In this document: positions 57,937 through 64,000 of the stretch, one piece after another
How the letters are laid out: each line of letters starts with the position of its first letter
Position numbering within the stretch: position 1 is the stretch's first letter
DNA from: an uncultured Desulfuromonas sp.
Lineage (GTDB): Bacteria; Desulfobacterota; Desulfuromonadia; Desulfuromonadales; Desulfuromonadaceae
Length of the DNA: 64,000 bases
Assembly (NCBI RefSeq): GCF_963678835.2
Contig: NZ_CAXXCH010000002.1
Coordinates: 98,690 to 162,689 of the forward strand
Direction: 5' to 3'
The notes under the pieces: model-generated
Database searches by the model: none
What the model saw: only the letters and a program-made list of their open reading frames with translations
Told to the model about the DNA's origin: nothing
Made by a program: the position numbers and the translations under genes

Positions 57937-60276
57937 ATGGATGAGCAGCAACTGCTGATAATGCTCCGCGAGGCCTTCAAAGAGGAGGCCCTTGAGCGCC
58001 TGACCAGTCTTTCGTCCTGCCTGGTGCAACTGGAACGGGTAGAAGACGATATGGCGGGTAGTGACCCCCTTGAGGTCGCCTTTCGTGAAGCGCACAGCCT
58101 CAAAGGGGCGGCGCGGTCTGTGTCGCTAAGCGATATCGAGTCGTTGTGTCAGACCCTTGAAAGCGTGTTGTCGCAGGTCAAAAAAGGTCTGTGTACCCTG
58201 CAGACGGATGATTTTGATCTGTTGCACAATTGTGTGCGGGTCATGGAGGCATTTCTCGATCATTTTTCCACGACTCAGGAAGCGGATTACCGGAAACAGG
58301 TAGCACCGCTCATCAGCCAGTTACAGCAGCTGAGTGAACCTTGTAAACAGGTTGCAAAAGCGGTTGAGCCACAACCCGACAGTGAGGTGCAGCCTGCTGT
58401 TGAAGCCGCTGCCGTTGCGGCCCCCGACCCGGCAGACCCCTCCAAAGCGACTGCGCCTCATGTTTCCTCCGCAGTCCCACCTGACCCCGCTGAAAGAACC
58501 TCTCCATCCGTGGCAACTAAAGATGGGACGTTACGGGTTTCCATCCATCACCTTGACAGCGTGATGCAAAAGGCGGAAAGCCTGATTACCCTGAAATTGA
58601 CCGTGTCCGAACGCCATCATGAGAGTCTGAGCATGGCCCAGGCGTTTGAGCTTTGGCACAAAGATTGGAATCAGGTGGCCCCCCAGTTGCGACGCTTGCA
58701 AAACCGTTCCGATGACCTGGACTGTGACGATGCACAACGGGCCATGGACAGTCTGCTCGGCTATATTGAGCGCACGCACAATGCTCTGCAGAGTCTGGAA
58801 ACCCAGGTTTCCCGTCAGCAACAGCGTCTGCTGCAGGATAAAGCCACCACCGCCACCTTGATTGACGAACTGCTCGAAGAGATCAAAGAGATCATCATGG
58901 TGCCGTTTGCCAATCTGTCGGCCAGCTTTCCTCGCACCGTGCGCGAGGTGGCGCGAACTCAGGGCAAAGAGGTTGATCTGCTGGTGGAGGGGGATGAGAC
59001 TGAAATTGACAAGCGGATTCTCGAGATGCTTTCATCACCGTTGACCCATCTGATTCGCAACGCGATTGATCACGGCATTGAATTGCCTCAGACCCGCCTG
59101 GCTGCCGGCAAACAAGCCAAGGCGCGGCTGCAGGTCTCTTTGGCCCGAACTCAGGGAGGTCGCGTCGAAGTGCGGATCTGTGATGACGGTGCCGGGATCG
59201 ATCTTGACCGGGTGCGCGCTCAGGCCGTTGACAGGCAGTTGCTCACTGAGCAGGCTGCTGCCGAATTGAGTGATGAGGAGGCGGCATGGCTGATATTCAA
59301 TTCCGGGCTGTCGACCAGTTCCATGATCACCGAGATTTCCGGGCGTGGCTTGGGTATGGCGATTGTTAAGGAAAAGGTTGAGGATCTTGGTGGTCATCTG
59401 CATGTTGAGACGCGGCAAGGTCAGGGAACCTGTTTCAAACTGCATGTTCCGGTGAGCCTGGCGGTATTCAAGGGTATTCTCATCCAGACGCGAGGTGCTG
59501 AGTTGATTGTGCCGACCGTCATGGTGGAGCGGGTCCTTAAAGTGTCCCGCCAGTCGATCCGCACGGTGGAAAACCGTGAAGTGATTTGTGTTGATGGTGA
59601 AAACCTGTCCCTGGTCAACCTCGGTGGCCTGTTGGCGATCACCGACCGCCCTATCACCCAGACCGACCAGATTCATGTAGTTGTGGTGCATGACAGTGAG
59701 CAACGGATCGGTTTCGTCGTCGATGACGTCGATGGTGAATATGAATTACTGGTCAAGGGACTCGGCGAGCAGTTGCGTCATGTGCGCTTTTTTTCCGGTG
59801 CGTCTGTGTTGGGTGACGGTCGGGTGGTGCCGGTTCTCGATGCCCGTGATCTGCTGTCTGCGCCGATGGAGGGTGCCGGGAAAATTCGCAACGATAACAC
59901 CGACCAGCAGATGGCGCGGCGGATTCTTGCGGTGGATGACTCTATCACCTCACGCATGTTGATTAAAAACATTCTCGAAGCCGCAGGGTATCAGGTCACC
60001 ACCGCGATTGACGGTGAAGATGCCTTTGACAAGCTGACGATCGGGGTATTTGACTTGGTGGTCAGTGACGTGGAAATGCCGCAGCTCGACGGTTTTGGAC
60101 TAACCTCGCGCATCCGGGCGACGGAGAGTGTTCAGGAGATCCCGGTGATCCTGGTCACCAGCCTTGAATCGGCGGAAGACAAGGAAAAAGGCATTGTTGC
60201 CGGAGCCAATGCCTATATTGTCAAACGAAGCTTTGATCAAAGCAATCTGCTTGATACAATACAGCGATTGATTTAA
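57937..60276 (+). CDS. cheA: CheA histidine kinase fused to a C-terminal receiver (WspE-like)
   Basis: 779 aa. The Hpt domain is FREAHSLKGAARS. The HATPase blocks are HLIRNAIDHGIE, DDGAGID and GRGLGMAI. A CheW-like domain follows, then REC (ILAVDDS...DLVVSDVEMPQLDG...VKR). Confidence 0.9.
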   Translation: MDEQQLLIMLREAFKEEALERLTSLSSCLVQLERVEDDMAGSDPLEVAFREAHSLKGAARSVSLSDIESLCQTLESVLSQVKKGLCTLQTDDFDLLHNCVRVMEAFLDHFSTTQEADYRKQVAPLISQLQQLSEPCKQVAKAVEPQPDSEVQPAVEAAAVAAPDPADPSKATAPHVSSAVPPDPAERTSPSVATKDGTLRVSIHHLDSVMQKAESLITLKLTVSERHHESLSMAQAFELWHKDWNQVAPQLRRLQNRSDDLDCDDAQRAMDSLLGYIERTHNALQSLETQVSRQQQRLLQDKATTATLIDELLEEIKEIIMVPFANLSASFPRTVREVARTQGKEVDLLVEGDETEIDKRILEMLSSPLTHLIRNAIDHGIELPQTRLAAGKQAKARLQVSLARTQGGRVEVRICDDGAGIDLDRVRAQAVDRQLLTEQAAAELSDEEAAWLIFNSGLSTSSMITEISGRGLGMAIVKEKVEDLGGHLHVETRQGQGTCFKLHVPVSLAVFKGILIQTRGAELIVPTVMVERVLKVSRQSIRTVENREVICVDGENLSLVNLGGLLAITDRPITQTDQIHVVVVHDSEQRIGFVVDDVDGEYELLVKGLGEQLRHVRFFSGASVLGDGRVVPVLDARDLLSAPMEGAGKIRNDNTDQQMARRILAVDDSITSRMLIKNILEAAGYQVTTAIDGEDAFDKLTIGVFDLVVSDVEMPQLDGFGLTSRIRATESVQEIPVILVTSLESAEDKEKGIVAGANAYIVKRSFDQSNLLDTIQRLI

Positions 60277-60388
60277 ATCGTGAAATGGATCAACCGCTTC
60301 GCTCATTGTGCGCCGTGGGGGAACGGTACGACGCGATGGCATCGGCGTGAATTTCAGCAGTAAGGGCCAGACTGACAACGAGGAACAC

Positions 60389-61321
60389 ATGCAGCAGCAG
60401 TTCAAAGTGTTATTGGTTGAGGACAGCCGTACCCAGGCATTGCGGTTCCAGTTTATGCTGGAAGCGCACGGCTTTAATGCGGTCGTGGTCTGTAATGGCC
60501 GCGAAGCCCTTGATCGCCTCAAACAGGAATATTTTCCGATCATCATCACCGACTGGGTGATGCCGGAGATGGATGGCGTCGAGCTGTGCCAGGCGATCCG
60601 CAGCCGCAAGTTCGATGGCTATGTGTTTATCTTCCTGGTCACTTCCAAGGATGATCCCGATGACATTGTCGCCGGTTTACAGGCCGGTGCAGACGATTAC
60701 CTGACCAAGCCGGTCTCTGAACTGGAACTGATGGCGCGCCTCAATACCGCCAAGCGGGTCATTGACTTGGAACGTTCTTTGAAAAAGCGTAATGAAGAGG
60801 TGCTCCATCTGTCGGTGACCGACGCCTTGACTGAAGTTCACAATCGCAGTTATTTCAACACCCAATGTCCATCGTTTATCGCCCGCGCAGTGCGTTCACG
60901 CCAGCCGGTTTCGTGTATGATTTGTGATGCCGATCATTTTAAAAAAGTCAATGATACCTTTGGTCATTTGGCCGGTGATCGGGTGTTGCAGGCGTTTGCT
61001 GTCTGTCTCAAAGAACAGGTGCGCCAGGGACTTGACCTGCTGGTGCGCTATGGTGGTGAAGAGTTTGTCGTTGTTTTGTCCGATACCGACAGTGACATCG
61101 CGCTGGCTGTCGCCGAGCGGATGCGCCAGTCCATCGAAAAGTTATCCATCACCTGGGAGGACCAGACCATCTCTCTTACGGCCAGTTTTGGTGTTGTCAG
61201 CTACTTACCTGAAACCATATGCCATCTGCTTAGTGTTGAACAATTGATGGCGGCGGCGGATGAAGCACTTTATGCGGCCAAGGAAGCGGGGCGTAACTGC
61301 GTTCGCCGGGTGACGTTATGA
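60389..61321 (+). CDS. Response regulator diguanylate cyclase (REC-GGDEF, WspR-like) 1
   Basis: Trimmed to the ATG at 60389. The REC domain is VLLVEDS...IIITDWVMPEMDG...TKP. The GGDEF domain has GGEEF. Confidence 0.85.
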   Translation: MQQQFKVLLVEDSRTQALRFQFMLEAHGFNAVVVCNGREALDRLKQEYFPIIITDWVMPEMDGVELCQAIRSRKFDGYVFIFLVTSKDDPDDIVAGLQAGADDYLTKPVSELELMARLNTAKRVIDLERSLKKRNEEVLHLSVTDALTEVHNRSYFNTQCPSFIARAVRSRQPVSCMICDADHFKKVNDTFGHLAGDRVLQAFAVCLKEQVRQGLDLLVRYGGEEFVVVLSDTDSDIALAVAERMRQSIEKLSITWEDQTISLTASFGVVSYLPETICHLLSVEQLMAAADEALYAAKEAGRNCVRRVTL

Positions 61322-62345
61322 TCCGGGTGCTGATTGCCGAAGATTCCGCCTCTTCTCGTGCCTATCTCAAGTTTATCGTTGATTCCGCCGACGATATGGA
61401 AGTGGTGGCCGTGGCTGAAAACGGTGAGCAGGCTGCGGAATTGACCCGTCGTATGCATCCCGATGTGGTGGCCATGGATATCCATATGCCGGTTCTTGAC
61501 GGTTGCAGCGCCACCCGCCAGATCATGGCCAGTTGTCCGACGCCGGTGGTGATTGTCAGCAGTCTGGTCAATGGCAGTGCGTCTCAGGAGACCTTTCGCA
61601 TTCTCGAAGCCGGTGCGGTGGCCGCAGTGCCCAAACCCAGTGGTCCCAAAAGCAAGGCGGCGGTCGAGGATCGGCACAAGCTGCTATGCGCCCTGCGTCA
61701 GGTCGCCGGGCTGCAAGTCACCGCACCTGCGGAATCGTCCGCAACAACCGCAGTCGATTCGTCGGAAAAAAAGCCACCTGTCGTTATAAACTGGTTGTGG
61801 TTGGTGCCTCCACGGGCGGTCCGGTGGCTCTGCAAAATATGTTGCGCCAGTTGCCAGCCGGTTTTCCTTTGCCGATCCTGGTCGTCCAGCATATTTCTCC
61901 CGGTTTTGTTCCGGGGATGGTACAGTGGCTGCAAAATGACTGCGCTCTATCGCTGTGCGTGGCTGAAAACGGTCAGAGTATCAAACCGGGTGTGGTTTAT
62001 TTTGCTCCGGACGATTTGCATATGGGCGTGACCTCCGCAGGGCGGATTGTTCTTAAAGAGGGGCCGATGATGCACAGTGTACGACCGGCGGTTTCCTATT
62101 TGTTTCAGTCCACGGCCCGCGCTTACGGCGGTGATGTGGTTGGTGTCCTGATGACCGGCATGGGCCGCGATGGTGCCGCAGAGTTACTGACGTTGCAGCA
62201 GCAGGGTGCCGTGACGCTGATTCAGAATAAAGACAGTTGCGTCGTCTACGGTATGCCCGGTGAAGCGGAGCGGCTCGGGGCCGGTATGTATAAACTGTGT
62301 CCGGAGCGGATTGGTCAGCAGTTGATTCACCTGTGTTGCCGTTAG
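61318..62345 (+). pseudogene. cheB: CheB/WspF-type methylesterase (REC + CheB_methylest) split over two frames at an A7 tract
   Basis: Frame A (61318..) encodes the REC domain (VLIAEDS...DVVAMDIHMPVLDG...PKP), then runs out of frame to 62031. Frame A-1, from about 61773, encodes KLVVVGASTGGP...VVQHISPGF...GMGRDGA to 62345. The switch point is gaA AAA AAG at 61765..61773. This could be an assembly error, a true frameshift, or -1 recoding. Confidence 0.8.
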
Positions 62346-62385
62346 CCGCGAGCGCGTGATTCTTTTTGATGTTAAAGGTAGGGTT

Positions 62386-63498
62386 ATGAGTTTATTGCAG
62401 GCCCGAAATGTCGATATCCTGGTCGTTGAAGACAGTTATACCCAGGCCTTAAAGCTGGAGCAACTGTTTGAAGAAGAGGGGCTGAGCGTTGCCTGTGCCG
62501 ATGGGTCATCGCGGGCTCTGTTGTGGCTGGAGAACTATCGTCCGGCACTGATTATCAGCGATGTGGTGATGCCTGATATGGATGGATTCGAGTTGTGCCG
62601 CCAGATCAAGGGACATGAAGGTACCCGCCAGGTTCCGGTGGTGTTGCTGACGCGACTTTCCGAACCCGAAGATATTGTTCGTGGACTGGAATGTGGTGCC
62701 GATCACTTTGTCACCAAGCCGTTCGACTGCAGTCTGCTGGTCTCTCAGGTGCACAACATCCTGTTGAATCAGAAAATTCGTCGCCAGAAGCACAGCGAAG
62801 ACGGGGTGGAGATCTATTTTGCCGGCAAGAAACATGTGATCAACTCGGAGCGATCACAGATTCTTGACTTGCTGCTGTCCACCTACGAAGGGGCGTTGCA
62901 GCAAAAGCGTGAGCTGGAGCGGATGAACGAGCAGCTTAACGACGCGCTCGACACCATCAAAAAACGCAACGCCGAGATTGCCGAGCTGGCGGTGCGCGAT
63001 TCCTTGACCGGCAGTTTTAACCGTGGCTATTTCAACGAGACGTTTCCCGGCGCGATTCGCCGCGCGCAACGTTATCAGCAGAGTTTGTCGCTGATCATGT
63101 GTGATATCGATCATTTCAAGTTGATCAATGACCACTATGGCCACCAGACCGGTGACCGGGTGATCAAAAGTGTCGCACAGGGCTTGGCTGAATCGCTGCG
63201 CCAGGGGGTTGACTGGCTGGCCCGCTATGGCGGTGAGGAGTTCGTCGTCGTTCTTCCAGAAACCAATCTGGAGGGAGCTCTGGTGGTGGCGGAACGGATG
63301 CGACAGAGTATTGCCGGCCAGGAGATCGCCTGTGATCCGCAGAGTATCCGTCTGACGGCCAGCTTTGGCGTGGCCGGATGTGATCCGGAACACGCCAGTA
63401 TGCTGACGGCCAATGGCATGATTGCCGCGGCAGACCGTTGTCTGTATCAGTCTAAAAAAGAGGGGCGCAACTGCTGCTGCTCAAAAAGTCTCAAATAG
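62386..63498 (+). CDS. Response regulator diguanylate cyclase (REC-GGDEF, WspR-like) 2
   Basis: Trimmed to the ATG at 62386. The REC domain is ILVVEDS...ALIISDVVMPDMDG...TKP. A coiled-coil linker follows. The GGDEF domain has GGEEF. Confidence 0.85.
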   Translation: MSLLQARNVDILVVEDSYTQALKLEQLFEEEGLSVACADGSSRALLWLENYRPALIISDVVMPDMDGFELCRQIKGHEGTRQVPVVLLTRLSEPEDIVRGLECGADHFVTKPFDCSLLVSQVHNILLNQKIRRQKHSEDGVEIYFAGKKHVINSERSQILDLLLSTYEGALQQKRELERMNEQLNDALDTIKKRNAEIAELAVRDSLTGSFNRGYFNETFPGAIRRAQRYQQSLSLIMCDIDHFKLINDHYGHQTGDRVIKSVAQGLAESLRQGVDWLARYGGEEFVVVLPETNLEGALVVAERMRQSIAGQEIACDPQSIRLTASFGVAGCDPEHASMLTANGMIAAADRCLYQSKKEGRNCCCSKSLK

Positions 63499-63544
63499 CG
63501 GCATCCCGCTGGTGTCAAACCGATGGCGCTGAACGAGGTCGTTG

Positions 63545-64000
63545 TTATTGAAGCACATCCGGTCGGCCCAGGATCTCGTCGAGGGGGTTGTTCTCAACGA
63601 CTTTTTTCGGTGTGATCTCTTCAACGTGAATCTCAAAGGTTAGCTCTTTGCCGGCCAGAGGGTGATTGGCGTCCAGAGTTATTTCCTCTTCCGTGGCCGC
63701 GGCCACCATCACATAAAACAGAGAACCGTCTTTATTGGTCACCTCGATCTGACTTCCCACCTTGTAGTGGATGTTGTCCGGCAGGCTGCTGCGATCGAGT
63801 GTTTCGATCAGAGACTTCTTGGTCGGGCCATAAGCTTTTTCTGCCGGGATGCTGACGGTTTTGGTTTCGCCGCGCACCATGCCGACGACTGCCTCGTCGA
63901 AACCTTCAATCACTTCCTGTTTGCCGATAATGAATGACAACGGATCCTTATCCGTTGAGGTGTCGAAAACCGTTCCGTCACTCAGAGTGCCGGTATAATG
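63545..64000 (-). CDS. FKBP-type peptidyl-prolyl isomerase with insert-in-flap domain (SlyD/FkpB-like), 5' end beyond the window
   Basis: The ORF track starts at an internal Met. The same frame stays open to the window edge and reads ...HYTGTLSDGTVFDTSTDKDPLSFIIGKQEVIEGFDEAVVGM, a classical FKBP core. Confidence 0.85.
   Translation of the reverse strand, partial: HYTGTLSDGTVFDTSTDKDPLSFIIGKQEVIEGFDEAVVGMVRGETKTVSIPAEKAYGPTKKSLIETLDRSSLPDNIHYKVGSQIEVTNKDGSLFYVMVAAATEEEITLDANHPLAGKELTFEIHVEEITPKKVVENNPLDEILGRPDVLQ

Noticed and set aside
61318-62345. Treating 61318..62031 and 61503..62345 as two independent overlapping genes.
   Set aside because: The first contains a complete receiver domain followed by motif-free sequence. 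The second has meaningful CheB catalytic sequence only downstream of 61773. Together they reconstitute one standard CheB.

Overview
The window is 64 kb of chromosomal sequence, visibly GC-rich over most of its length. Hand counts of sample 60-nt lines give about 34/60 G+C.

Gene content suggests a Desulfuromonadales/Geobacter-like deltaproteobacterium. This rests only on MglAB, pyruvate:ferredoxin oxidoreductase, a heme-c chemoreceptor and many PAS/GGDEF sensors, so treat it as inference.

All protein calls come from motif recognition in the supplied translations. No database search was possible.

Ordinary content:
- a MoxR/DUF58/DUF4381/VWA operon, queF, and a thioesterase
- an MFS transporter plus an acyl-CoA ligase
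- a fluoride riboswitch followed by a CLC-F-type channel
- a nitroreductase, tadA, an ABC-F ATPase, and MgtC
- the ffs-dnaX-ybaB-recR block, PFOR, and mglBA
- three tRNAs: Ser-CGA, Ser-GGA and Asn-GTT

Most interesting region: 27.4-32.3 kb holds one AT-richer gene (about 25/60 G+C in a sample line) wedged between host-composition genes. It encodes a protein of about 1,570 aa with this architecture: unknown N-terminal module, TIR, NACHT P-loop NTPase, a pentapeptide-repeat beta-helix, then 14 WD40 repeats. The WD40 DNA repeats are partly near-identical. This is an NLR/STAND-type candidate conflict (antiphage) sensor.

Its neighbours are:
- a DUF2779-like Cas4-type Fe-S nuclease 28 nt downstream
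- a REP-like 150-nt element
- a compact SbcCD-like pair with a non-canonical C-x6-C hook
- a Fic-fold protein with degenerate active-site and inhibitory motifs

Other observations worth a second look:
- an att-like duplication of the tRNA-Ser 3' end next to a very AT-rich Fic islet that is preceded by 3 x 70-bp tandem repeats
- a signal-peptide (LigE-type) DNA ligase translationally coupled to a sensor kinase
- a conserved protease / 7TM-transglutaminase-like / RimK-like ligase triad of unknown function
- a Wsp-like chemosensory operon with two REC-GGDEF outputs, whose CheB/WspF gene changes frame exactly on an in-phase A_AAA_AAG heptamer
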